Origin: Candidatus Nanohaloarchaea archaeon
GTDB taxonomy: Archaea; EX4484-52; GLR71
Assembly: GCA_030594675.1 (NCBI GenBank)
Contig: JAUVES010000001.1
Location: forward strand, 1 to 49,721
Direction of reading: 5' to 3'
DNA: 49,721 nt
Shown: piece after piece, positions 1 through 6,582 of the stretch
Numbering within the stretch: the stretch's first letter is position 1
Layout of the letters: each line of letters opens with the position of its first letter
Translations under genes and position numbers: made by a program
The notes under the pieces: model-generated
Told to the model about the DNA's origin: nothing
The model's database searches: none
What the model saw: the letters and a program-made list of their open reading frames with translations, nothing else

Positions 1-141
1 CAAAATAATAGGTTGATGCGTCGCCACGGCTATTGATCTCCATAAAAAAGCAAAATACATTTCGTCGTCGGCAGTGATGTCTTTAGAAACATACGCACTG
101 GCAGCCGTCAAATCAAGGCAATAGCTTCCATCCATATCAAG
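1..141. repeat. Terminal direct repeat copy 1 (identical to 49581..49721); circular-closure overlap
   Basis: The first 141 nt are repeated exactly as the last 141 nt of the window, so the unique length is 49580 bp. Confidence 0.95.
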
Positions 142-231
142 ACCAGCGATAGAAACAACTGCCGCATTGGCCTCAGCATCCCAAAGGTCATCTCCACCAC
201 TTTCAAAACCATCTATGAAGATTCTACCCAT
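1..231 (-). CDS. 5' end of a virion fibre-like protein gene split by linearisation (same gene as 48831..49721; non-redundant codons 142..231)
   Basis: ATG at 231-229 with GGAG upstream. Translates MGRIFIDGFESGGDDLWDAEANAAVVSIAG-LDMDGSYC and runs in frame through the overlap into ORF 48831..49715. Confidence 0.75.
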   Translation of the reverse strand, partial: MGRIFIDGFESGGDDLWDAEANAAVVSIAGLDMDGSYCLDLTAASAYVSKDITADDEMYFAFLWRSIAVATHQPIIL

Positions 232-233
232 CT

Positions 234-578
234 TTACTCATCTCCATAAAAAGGCGTAATAGCAAGAAATGCATGAGACCCATCAATAGCACTTTTAAAC
301 TTTAGTGCCCGAATATTATCGGCTCCACGAATCCAGATTCCATCACCGTCCTTCTGCAATACATGTCCAAGACCACCAGAAACAGGATCAGCCGTGAAAC
401 TGTAACGGAGCGGATTAGCACTACAAGTGATGAAGATGCTTGAGATAAGAACTCCATCGACTTTAAATAAGATCCCTGCCACACCTGTGTCGATGTTCTG
501 AATAGCATTAGTTGATGTTTCTGAAACTGTCGTCCCAGCTTTTCCCCAAAATTCTATAACTCTTCTTGTCACACTCAT
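234..578 (-). CDS. Hypothetical beta-rich virion protein (114 aa)
   Basis: Full ORF in the co-directional late block. Its start overlaps the stop of the upstream HNH gene. Confidence 0.6.
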   Translation of the reverse strand: MSVTRRVIEFWGKAGTTVSETSTNAIQNIDTGVAGILFKVDGVLISSIFITCSANPLRYSFTADPVSGGLGHVLQKDGDGIWIRGADNIRALKFKSAIDGSHAFLAITPFYGDE

Positions 579-934
579 ATGTCGACTCCATCTCCGCCGA
601 AAACTAGCGGAATTAAATGGTTATTCTTGATATTATGAATCTTCTCATGACACTTATCACAGACGCCAAGAAGATCACTCAGAGGTTCCCGTCCAAATCG
701 CTTGTAAGTCAGATGATGCGTAGCCTCGACACTTGCAACTCCGCATACCTCACAGACGTTCAGACAACGAGCTCTGACCATCCGTTTCAATTCCCGCCAC
801 TCCGGTGACAAAAGATAGTCATAATAACGTTGTTTTCGCTCCTGATCTTCGTTCGATTTTTGAACAAAGGGTTGATCATAAAACTGCTCAGCAGGGTTTG
901 TTCGCATTCGCTCGCCAGAAAGAAGAGTATTCAT
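575..934 (-). CDS. HNH endonuclease, terminase-associated
   Basis: CEVCGV..THHLTYKRF..CDKCHEKIH (CxxC/HH/CxxCH pattern). ATGA overlap with the terL stop. Confidence 0.8.
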   Translation of the reverse strand: MNTLLSGERMRTNPAEQFYDQPFVQKSNEDQERKQRYYDYLLSPEWRELKRMVRARCLNVCEVCGVASVEATHHLTYKRFGREPLSDLLGVCDKCHEKIHNIKNNHLIPLVFGGDGVDI

Positions 935-2454
935 GCCAGCCTCCTTCCTCGTTTTAGCGGCTTTTCAAACTGAAGCTCAGCGAACTCATCATTGTTAGGA
1001 TCTTCCCAGACTGGATCAAAATAGATAGAAAGATCATCCATCAGTTTGACGATATAGGCAAAACTATCCATACAGTCCCACAACTTAGATCTTGGAAAGC
1101 CCATAAGTTGACTCTCAAGCTTGTCACATTTTCCCTTCGCATGATAAATATAATGGTTGCGATAGTAAGGCGCTAAGCAAGCAATTCGTTCTTCTTTCTT
1201 AGCCACAGCCTTAAGTTCAATATACTGAGCAAAAACATTTTGAACTCTCATCTCGTTCTCAAAAGGCTGTGAGATAAACTGATGCAAAGACGTTACCTCG
1301 ACTGCTAGAATAAAAGCCTTTAAACGAAAGACCATCTGGAAAGCTTCCTTGTAAATCTGATCAGGATAGAATTTTCCAGCTACAACTTCCCTGACAAAAA
1401 TCTTTTTTGAAGCCCTGTCTACTCCAATTCCAACTATCGCAGTATCAGCATTTTGAATCTGGACTTCCTTGGCAGGATCAACTATGACAACATTGATGAG
1501 ATTTTCGATGTCAACAGTTTCGGTTTTGGCTGGAGTTTCTGGATCAGGATAGCACGTCAGTTGCTTGACACCCTCAGTGAAGTACCGGAAGTTCTCAGGC
1601 TTGAAGTTAGCAGTTTCAGAAGCCACGGGGATGTTTCTCATCTCACGGTAAAAAATATCCAGCGTCCCGTTAGCTTTATGTTCCTCGACCTCAGATTTGA
1701 TTTCTTCAGTTGTCATAAAGCTGGGCGCTAATGATTCATAGTTGTCGTCGCAGACACTGAGATGAAGACCTGTCCAAGTTTTGTTCTCCAGGAGATCCTG
1801 AAGTAGCGCGTCTTCGTGTTTAAGAGTATCAATATAAACAAAGTTATAGTCTTTGTCATAGCGAGAAATGCACTTAGTCACATCAGAGAAGAACCATTCT
1901 TTATTCTTTTTTCTGATGTTATCGTTGGCAATTTCGCCTTTGTCTTCAAGATCATCAATAACGATGAGGTCTGGTCGATGCCCATGGTAGAGAAGTCCAC
2001 GTATCTGTTGCCCAGCGCCCCTTGGAAGTACCAGAGTTCCACCTGTCGTAACCCAAGCTTTTTTGGAAAACTGTTCCTCATATTCAGCCTCGATGCGTTT
2101 AGTCTTGACGGATCCAAAGAACTTTCGGACCTCAGTATTAGACAGAAGCTCATGCTTTAAACTATCAGTCTGAATCATTGCGTTGTCAGCACTGTTAGAG
2201 AGGAAGACAATAAACTTCTTAGTCTCAAATAAAATATGTCTTGAGCATAGGCCATAAAGAACCATCGAGGTCTTGCCAATTCCTCTTGGAGCCGCGATGA
2301 CGACCTTTTGGTGGCCGCTGTCCATTTTTTCTAGCATCTGATAATGAAGAGGACTATATGTAGCTGTGAAGATTTCAGGGAAGAAAAACTTAGCATGGAA
2401 GCCCGTTGAGATCGAGCATCTAGCAAGAATATCTTTTGTATCGGCATCTAACAT
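931..2454 (-). CDS. terL: Terminase large subunit
   Basis: Walker A AAPRGIGKTS, Walker B LIVIDDLED, C-terminal nuclease-type VVIVDPA; 507 aa. Confidence 0.9.
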   Translation of the reverse strand: MLDADTKDILARCSISTGFHAKFFFPEIFTATYSPLHYQMLEKMDSGHQKVVIAAPRGIGKTSMVLYGLCSRHILFETKKFIVFLSNSADNAMIQTDSLKHELLSNTEVRKFFGSVKTKRIEAEYEEQFSKKAWVTTGGTLVLPRGAGQQIRGLLYHGHRPDLIVIDDLEDKGEIANDNIRKKNKEWFFSDVTKCISRYDKDYNFVYIDTLKHEDALLQDLLENKTWTGLHLSVCDDNYESLAPSFMTTEEIKSEVEEHKANGTLDIFYREMRNIPVASETANFKPENFRYFTEGVKQLTCYPDPETPAKTETVDIENLINVVIVDPAKEVQIQNADTAIVGIGVDRASKKIFVREVVAGKFYPDQIYKEAFQMVFRLKAFILAVEVTSLHQFISQPFENEMRVQNVFAQYIELKAVAKKEERIACLAPYYRNHYIYHAKGKCDKLESQLMGFPRSKLWDCMDSFAYIVKLMDDLSIYFDPVWEDPNNDEFAELQFEKPLKRGRRLA

Positions 2455-2624
2455 TAAAATCCTCTACATTTTCTTTTCATCCAAATCTTAGCTTCTTGTC
2501 TGACTTGTTCGAGTTTATCTTCCATCTGTTCATTGCTAAGATTGCTAAGATTGCAATTACAACTTACTGGTTTGCTCCCTTTAGTCGCCAATGAAGTTAT
2601 GTCTGATATTTTAATTTTGTCCAT
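2454..2624 (-). CDS. Small protein upstream of terL (start uncertain: ATG 2624 with GAGGA, or ATG 2693)
   Basis: Its stop overlaps the terL ATG (TAATG), implying translational coupling. Confidence 0.5.
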   Translation of the reverse strand: MDKIKISDITSLATKGSKPVSCNCNLSNLSNEQMEDKLEQVRQEAKIWMKRKCRGF

Positions 2625-2808
2625 AGCTACCTGTCCTCTGTTCTGCCAGTTCGCTCCAGCCACTAGTTCGCTGCAGATCAAACTGCGTTCCATCTTTGTT
2701 CAATTTCCGAACGAAGTCAGGAGAATCAGCAGCTACGATTGAGGTCACAGAGAAGATTCCTGTCTTCATAAGACTGTCTGATCTTTCTTTGGTCATACTA
2801 AGATTCAT
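2611..2808 (-). CDS. Hypothetical 65-aa protein
   Basis: ATG 2808 has GGAG 8 nt upstream. The ORF contains element copy M1. Confidence 0.45.
   Translation of the reverse strand: MNLSMTKERSDSLMKTGIFSVTSIVAADSPDFVRKLNKDGTQFDLQRTSGWSELAEQRTGSYGQN
2694..2716. promoter_or_regulatory. 23-bp quasi-palindromic element M1
   Basis: CTTTGTTCAATTTCCGAACGAAG. Abuts ATG 2693 on the minus strand and lies 69 nt upstream of ATG 2624. Confidence 0.7.
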
Positions 2809-2849
2809 GTTTTAAGCTCCATTTCTTATCGAGAAACTTCTTCCGGTAT

Positions 2850-2858
2850 CTTATACCA
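2850..2858 (-). promoter_or_regulatory. Possible extended -10 promoter (TGgTATAAG) for the 2808/terL genes
   Basis: The minus strand reads agaTGgTATAAGat in the 170-nt gap between 2979 and 2808. No good -35. Confidence 0.3.
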
Positions 2859-2978
2859 TCTAGGTCCCAGGTTTGTGCCAACAGATACTTCTGTTATTCT
2901 ACCTGTATCTTCGTGTTGCCAGCTTTGAAGTTTTCTACTATTTTTGTCCGATTTTTCCTATAGCTTATCAAGACTCAT

Positions 2979-3593
2979 CTAAACTCTCTCCTCTTTGACA
3001 ATCTCTGCTTCAACAATGCCCATTTCTGTTCCGAGGGAAACACCTCGATCTCTTATTTCAACGATATCCTCGGCGGTTAGAACTGCGTGAACGCCCTTGA
3101 CGTTGATGTTCTTTGAGGGGGCAAATCCACCAAGAGAGAGGAGACCAAAGGCGTTCTTAGATTTTAGCATTGCAGAAATATCACTGCTTGTGATGGTTTC
3201 AGTCAGAAACTCTATGCATTTTGGCAGGGCTTCTTGAATCTGGATTGCCACATCAACTGACTCTCTGTCACGTGCAGCTCGGAGTATCGATAGCTGCTCT
3301 TTAACGACTGGACTGTGCCGGATGGTGGAGACGTATTCTGAGGTAATGCCAGCTTCTTTCGCTACCTCTTGATTACTTAGGCCCAGCAGGAGCATTCTAG
3401 CAACCTCGTGATGCTTATCTGTCATTTCCGTTACCCGATATGTTCGAGCTTTTTTACCGCTTGGAACTCGCCGGAGGTCTGCCGAGCCATCTTGACATTT
3501 TTTGTAACTTCCGCCTGGCGCCAGTTGGTTCTTTTGAACTTCCCAGCGATCTCCAGTGGTTCCGCTTTTAGTTTTTACGAGCGTTGTGGCCAT
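2979..3593 (-). CDS. HTH DNA-binding protein, putative small terminase subunit
   Basis: ATG 3593 follows AAGGAG. HTH-like LGLSNQEVAKEAGITSEYVSTIR. First gene of the block that contains terL. The listed TTG start at 3644 lies inside a promoter. Confidence 0.5.
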   Translation of the reverse strand: MATTLVKTKSGTTGDRWEVQKNQLAPGGSYKKCQDGSADLRRVPSGKKARTYRVTEMTDKHHEVARMLLLGLSNQEVAKEAGITSEYVSTIRHSPVVKEQLSILRAARDRESVDVAIQIQEALPKCIEFLTETITSSDISAMLKSKNAFGLLSLGGFAPSKNINVKGVHAVLTAEDIVEIRDRGVSLGTEMGIVEAEIVKEERV

Positions 3594-3615
3594 GTTTGAC
3601 TTTCTCCTTCTTGTT

Positions 3616-3644
3616 ATTATGACGGAAGCGTTTGTTAGTGTCAA
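3616..3644 (-). promoter_or_regulatory. sigma70-type promoter reading leftward (TTGACA-17-CATAAT)
   Basis: The minus strand reads TTGACActaacaaacgcttccgtCATAAT, about 20 nt upstream of ATG 3593. Confidence 0.6.
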
Positions 3645-3679
3645 TAAGGCAGCGGAGTGCCTTGAAGCGTCTTGGTTCT

Positions 3680-3708
3680 TTGACTGATATATAAGGATCT
3701 TTTATGAT
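3680..3708 (+). promoter_or_regulatory. sigma70-type promoter (TTGACT-17-TATGAT)
   Basis: Hexamers at 3680-3685 and 3703-3708. Confidence 0.55.
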
Positions 3709-3716
3709 AATTTCTG

Positions 3717-3790
3717 GAAAATTTTATGATCTTCTATGTAAATTTTAGAAAATTTTTCAATCTTCTATATAAATTTTTAGAAAATTTTGT
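3717..3790. repeat. AT-rich tandem repeat (two 31-32-bp units plus a partial third)
   Basis: GAAAATTTTATGATCTTCTATGTAAATTTTA / GAAAATTTTTCAATCTTCTATATAAATTTTTA / GAAAATTTTGT. Confidence 0.8.
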
Positions 3791-3859
3791 GAGCAGGGGT
3801 TTTGTGGAAGTCTTGAACTTAATCTCCCCCTTCGAGTTTTCAGCTCAATTTCATTTTAT

Positions 3860-3887
3860 TTGACATTCTTGTCGTTTATGATATGAT
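3860..3887 (+). promoter_or_regulatory. sigma70-type promoter (TTGACA-16-TATGAT with TGn)
   Basis: TTGACA 3860-3865, TGaTATGAT ending at 3887. Confidence 0.65.
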
Positions 3888-3969
3888 ATTTAACATGATT
3901 AGATTCATTATCACGATATTATTCATTGCAATTTGCCTCGGTAAGTTGTTCTAACCAGGAGATGTTACC

Positions 3970-4065
3970 ATGAACACGTTTATAGTAATGGTATTAATCA
4001 CACTCGGTGTTATTGACATTATATGGTTATTGGATTTTATATTTGACATAACGATAATCATGTGA
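3970..4065 (+). CDS. Possible 31-aa hydrophobic peptide (below ORF-track cutoff)
   Basis: AGGAG 8 nt upstream of ATG 3970. MNTFIVMVLITLGVIDIIWLLDFIFDITIIM. Overlaps two promoters. Confidence 0.25.
   Translation: MNTFIVMVLITLGVIDIIWLLDFIFDITIIM
4013..4042 (+). promoter_or_regulatory. Weaker sigma70-type promoter (TTGACA-18-TTATAT)
   Basis: TTGACA 4013-4018. The -10 is A/T-rich but its spacing is ambiguous. Confidence 0.4.
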
Positions 4066-4071
4066 TATAAC
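4043..4071 (+). promoter_or_regulatory. sigma70-type promoter (TTGACA-17-TATAAC with TGn)
   Basis: TTGACA 4043-4048, TGaTATAAC ending at 4071. Confidence 0.65.
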
Positions 4072-4127
4072 GTAACGTAACAATCAAACTCAATCGTCAT
4101 TATACGATTGTTTTAGATATTTGATAA

Positions 4128-4152
4128 TTTGAATGTATGGTATGGCGTATGG
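4128..4152. repeat. Left arm of the 25-bp inverted repeat enclosing gene 4171..4380
   Basis: TTTGAATGTATGGTATGGCGTATGG pairs with 4398..4422 (23 Watson-Crick pairs plus 2 G-U in + sense RNA). Confidence 0.85.
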
Positions 4153-4170
4153 TGCATATGGAGAATTATT

Positions 4171-4380
4171 ATGCCAAATACATCAACACGACAATCCGTT
4201 ACAGATGAACTAGACCATGATACAATGCTTGAGATTAAAAAACATATCCTTATGGTTAACATGGATGGCATTAATCACGATTGGTGCGAAGGTTATTTTT
4301 GTGCCCATGTTAATCTAGGTACCATCACAGAAAATGAACATGAAACATTATTGACCTGGCTAGATAACATATACAAATAA
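4171..4380 (+). CDS. First early protein, 69 aa, acidic/His-rich, unknown function
   Basis: ATG 4171 follows TGGAGA. The listed TTG 4129 start would lie inside the repeat arm. Confidence 0.65.
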   Translation: MPNTSTRQSVTDELDHDTMLEIKKHILMVNMDGINHDWCEGYFCAHVNLGTITENEHETLLTWLDNIYK

Positions 4381-4397
4381 CATATACAAATAACATG

Positions 4398-4422
4398 CCA
4401 TACGTCATACCATGCATTCAAA
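4398..4422. repeat. Right arm of the 25-bp inverted repeat enclosing gene 4171..4380
   Basis: CCATACGTCATACCATGCATTCAAA. Preceded by a 13-bp tandem duplication TAACATATACAAA x2 (4365-4390). Confidence 0.85.
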
Positions 4423-4434
4423 ATGAATCGGCCT

Positions 4435-4520
4435 CCGCCAGTAATGGAACCATGCCGAACACAGGTAATGCTGTGAGGACACGACGGGACATTACTGCTA
4501 CCGTACCAAGCGGATTTTAT
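4435..4520 (+). terminator. Compound hairpin followed by a T-rich tract; candidate early terminator or structured RNA
   Basis: CAGTAATG 4439-4446 pairs with CATTACTG 4490-4497. Inner stem CACAG 4460-4464 / CTGTG 4471-4475. Then GCGGATTTTATT. Confidence 0.35.
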
Positions 4521-4572
4521 TGATTATCTAATTATGAGTATGATACAAACATAACCATAATGAGGTAATGAT

Positions 4573-4746
4573 ATGAAAATATATAATGTAGTTGAAATAT
4601 GCGATAACGGGGAGTTTACAACTATAGTTACGGATAATGGGAATAGTATTCAACTGCCAAAGGGCACTAGACATTCAATTATAATCCAGCCAGTAATGGA
4701 TCCTTCTCAGACAATTACTGTGTCAATTGATTTGCACCTGGGATAA
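4573..4746 (+). CDS. Hypothetical 57-aa protein (below ORF-track cutoff)
   Basis: GAGGT 7 nt upstream of ATG 4573. MKIYNVVEICDNGEF...SIDLHLG, TAA at 4744. Confidence 0.5.
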   Translation: MKIYNVVEICDNGEFTTIVTDNGNSIQLPKGTRHSIIIQPVMDPSQTITVSIDLHLG

Positions 4747-4835
4747 CAAACACAAACAATATTATCATACTCATAGCTAGGTAATCAATAAATGCTCACA
4801 GGTCTAATTTTGGCCCTAAGGGTTATAATACCAAC

Positions 4836-4858
4836 CTATGTTCAAAAAACGAACGAAG
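4836..4858. promoter_or_regulatory. 23-bp quasi-palindromic element M2
   Basis: CTATGTTCAAAAAACGAACGAAG. TATAAT at 4824-4829 lies 6 nt upstream; ATG 4888 lies 29 nt downstream. Confidence 0.75.
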
Positions 4859-4887
4859 CGGCACAATGTGCCAAAGGAGCCAAAACT

Positions 4888-5310
4888 ATGCCAAAAATAA
4901 ACGAAGCAAATCGTATTGAAGACCTGACCTATGGCGAGTTCTTTAACGTGCAGCTCCATAATGGAGACAACCCAGCAGTTGACCTTACAGTTGACTTCAC
5001 AGGTATGCCGGTCAAAACTATGGCAAAACTTGCCTGGGATGCTATGAAAGTGAAGTTCAGACCCCATGTGAAGGGCATGACAACTGAAGCTTTTCTCAAA
5101 TCTTTCAACCATCAAACAGTTACATGGAGGGAGATGATCACGAAAAGCGGGGCAACTTCTAAGATCGCCATCGCAGAAAAATCGCCAGAAGAAATAGCAA
5201 GCGAAATATCCAGATTGCAAGCGCTTCTTTCGACTAGCGTCTCAAAAGACGACGAGCCCGTTGAGAACAGTAATAACATAAATGATGAGAATTATGTACC
5301 TGAAAGCTAA
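4888..5310 (+). CDS. Hypothetical 140-aa early protein
   Basis: ATG 4888 follows AAAGGAG. The listed 4792 start would read through element M2. Confidence 0.65.
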   Translation: MPKINEANRIEDLTYGEFFNVQLHNGDNPAVDLTVDFTGMPVKTMAKLAWDAMKVKFRPHVKGMTTEAFLKSFNHQTVTWREMITKSGATSKIAIAEKSPEEIASEISRLQALLSTSVSKDDEPVENSNNINDENYVPES

Positions 5311-5507
5311 ACGCTAAGCTAAATGCTAAGCTAACCTTCAGGGTCAAAATTAGGCCTGTGAGTCTCGACTACGTCTTGAAGAATACGTTTTCAGGCGGGT
5401 CAGGTGCGCCTGCGGCCAGTTTTCGTCTAAGCGATAATTAGAACGTCTCGTTCAATGGAGTTCTCCGCAGAAAAACAAGTTCATCTAGCTACTCATAAAT
5501 ATATAAA

Positions 5508-5558
5508 TGTACGCCATGTATGTTTTGTACGCCGTGTACGTTATGTTTGTCGTGTATG
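5508..5558 (+). repeat. Six TGTWYG hexamers at exact 9-bp spacing (left iteron-like array)
   Basis: TGTACG 5508, TGTATG 5517, TGTACG 5526, TGTACG 5535, TGTTTG 5544, TGTATG 5553. Confidence 0.85.
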
Positions 5559-5639
5559 CCCGGGGGGTCACCCCAACAATTTGAATATTGTGAACATAGG
5601 TAGGCAGGTTTGGAGAGGGGGGATGGGTTCTTAAGTTAG

Positions 5640-5676
5640 ATATATATATATATATTTTATATATATAATAATATTA
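5640..5676. other. 37-nt A/T-only tract including (TA)7; candidate DNA unwinding element
   Basis: No G or C between 5640 and 5676. Lies between the two hexamer arrays. Confidence 0.6.
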
Positions 5677-5784
5677 GTCAAATAAAACAATTCAGTAAAA
5701 ACAACTAAAACAAGACGTTTTCCACTCCATTCCACTTCGTTCAACAATTTTAAAATGTGGAAATGGGGGGGTCGGTTTACATGA

Positions 5785-5825
5785 CGCACACGACACACAC
5801 AGCGTACACAGCATACAAACACACA
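5785..5825 (-). repeat. Five inverted copies of the hexamer (CRYACA on the + strand), 9-bp phased (right array)
   Basis: CGCACA 5785, CACACA 5794, CGTACA 5803, CATACA 5812, CACACA 5820. The arm 5783-5828 is an imperfect inverted repeat of 5514-5560. Confidence 0.8.
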
Positions 5826-5850
5826 TGGAATACCAGCTAACCATAACTTA

Positions 5851-5879
5851 TTGACACTACCAAACAGTCATGTTATAAA
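5851..5879 (+). promoter_or_regulatory. sigma70-type promoter (TTGACA-17-TATAAA with TGn)
   Basis: TTGACA 5851-5856, TGtTATAAA ending at 5879, upstream of ATG 5932. Confidence 0.65.
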
Positions 5880-5931
5880 GGAATTATAATAAATAATAAC
5901 AATAATAAAATGTAGAAAGGAATAAAAAGAA

Positions 5932-6114
5932 ATGCTTAAAACACTTTTAGATAAACGCTTAGAACTAGTTAAAAGAATATCCGCAGTAGAAGAAGAAATA
6001 AAAGAACTTGACATAGAACTATTGTTAGAACTGGTAAAACATAAAAGATACTTAGACATAGATATAAACTATGACAAACTATATGTAACTGAATACAGAA
6101 AGGAGCTAAAATGA
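5932..6114 (+). CDS. Hypothetical 60-aa protein
   Basis: ORF with an upstream promoter. Its stop overlaps the next ATG (ATGA). Confidence 0.6.
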   Translation: MLKTLLDKRLELVKRISAVEEEIKELDIELLLELVKHKRYLDIDINYDKLYVTEYRKELK

Positions 6115-6323
6115 CTAAAAAAGAATTGCTGGAAGATCTTAAAGACTGGCCTGAGGATACTGAGATTGAAATCGCAATAGCAAAAAACGTTCATGCTGCC
6201 GAGCCAGTCATGGAATCAGACAAGTATTGGTTAGAAATATTTATGGTAGAAATGCCTAATCCAGATCCCAAAGATACAAATAAGCATTGCTTGTTATTTG
6301 GAGGTGCTATAACAATGGGTTAA
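6111..6323 (+). CDS. Hypothetical 70-aa protein
   Basis: AAAGGAGCTAAA precedes the ATG. Confidence 0.65.
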   Translation: MTKKELLEDLKDWPEDTEIEIAIAKNVHAAEPVMESDKYWLEIFMVEMPNPDPKDTNKHCLLFGGAITMG

Positions 6324-6330
6324 ACAGCAG

Positions 6331-6353
6331 CTATGTTCAAAAAATGAACGAAG
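6331..6353. promoter_or_regulatory. 23-bp quasi-palindromic element M3
   Basis: CTATGTTCAAAAAATGAACGAAG, 10 nt upstream of ATG 6364. Its 3' end runs into the AAGGA Shine-Dalgarno. Confidence 0.8.
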
Positions 6354-6363
6354 AAGGAAAAAT

Positions 6364-6582
6364 ATGAAACTACCAACAAAAGATAAGCAGCTGAGAAAAA
6401 TACTCCTAGAGCAACTCAATAAAGATGACAAAAAGCGAAAAAGAAAGAAATCTAACTTAGCAGTGCCAGGAAGATATCAGAGGCCAACTAAGGAAGAGCT
6501 AAAAGCCATAGATCAAAAATCACATCAGAAGCTAGAAGTTATGAGAAACGAGCTGAAGGGAGATAAATATCACGATGCTTAA
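6364..6582 (+). CDS. Hypothetical basic 72-aa protein
   Basis: ORF directly after M3; contains KKRKRKK. Confidence 0.65.
   Translation: MKLPTKDKQLRKILLEQLNKDDKKRKRKKSNLAVPGRYQRPTKEELKAIDQKSHQKLEVMRNELKGDKYHDA

Noticed and set aside
2625-2693. Leaderless start of ORF 2454..2693 at ATG 2693, directly abutting element M1. The analogous ATG 8226 right after M4 opens only an 8-codon frame
   Set aside because: There is no SD, and it would overlap 2611..2808, which has a good SD, by 83 nt. The internal ATG 2624 with GAGGA is more plausible. It is kept only as an alternative start.
4450-4460. An 11-mer, CCATGCCGAAC, identical to the conserved loop C segment of bacterial 5S rRNA (E. coli ..CCCAUGCCGAACUCAG..)
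   Set aside because: Only this short stretch matches. The flanks do not form helices II/III or resemble the rest of a 5S rRNA, and the length is wrong. I treat it as a chance match inside a structured spacer.
5631-6059. ORFs 5631..5822 (-) and 5868..6059 (-)
   Set aside because: The first is a GTG-started translation of the CA/TG hexamer array and the TA tract (MFVCCVRCVCRVRHV..), which is the origin-like repeat region. The second is antisense to the promoter and to gene 5932..6114 and is low-complexity (S/N/I-rich).
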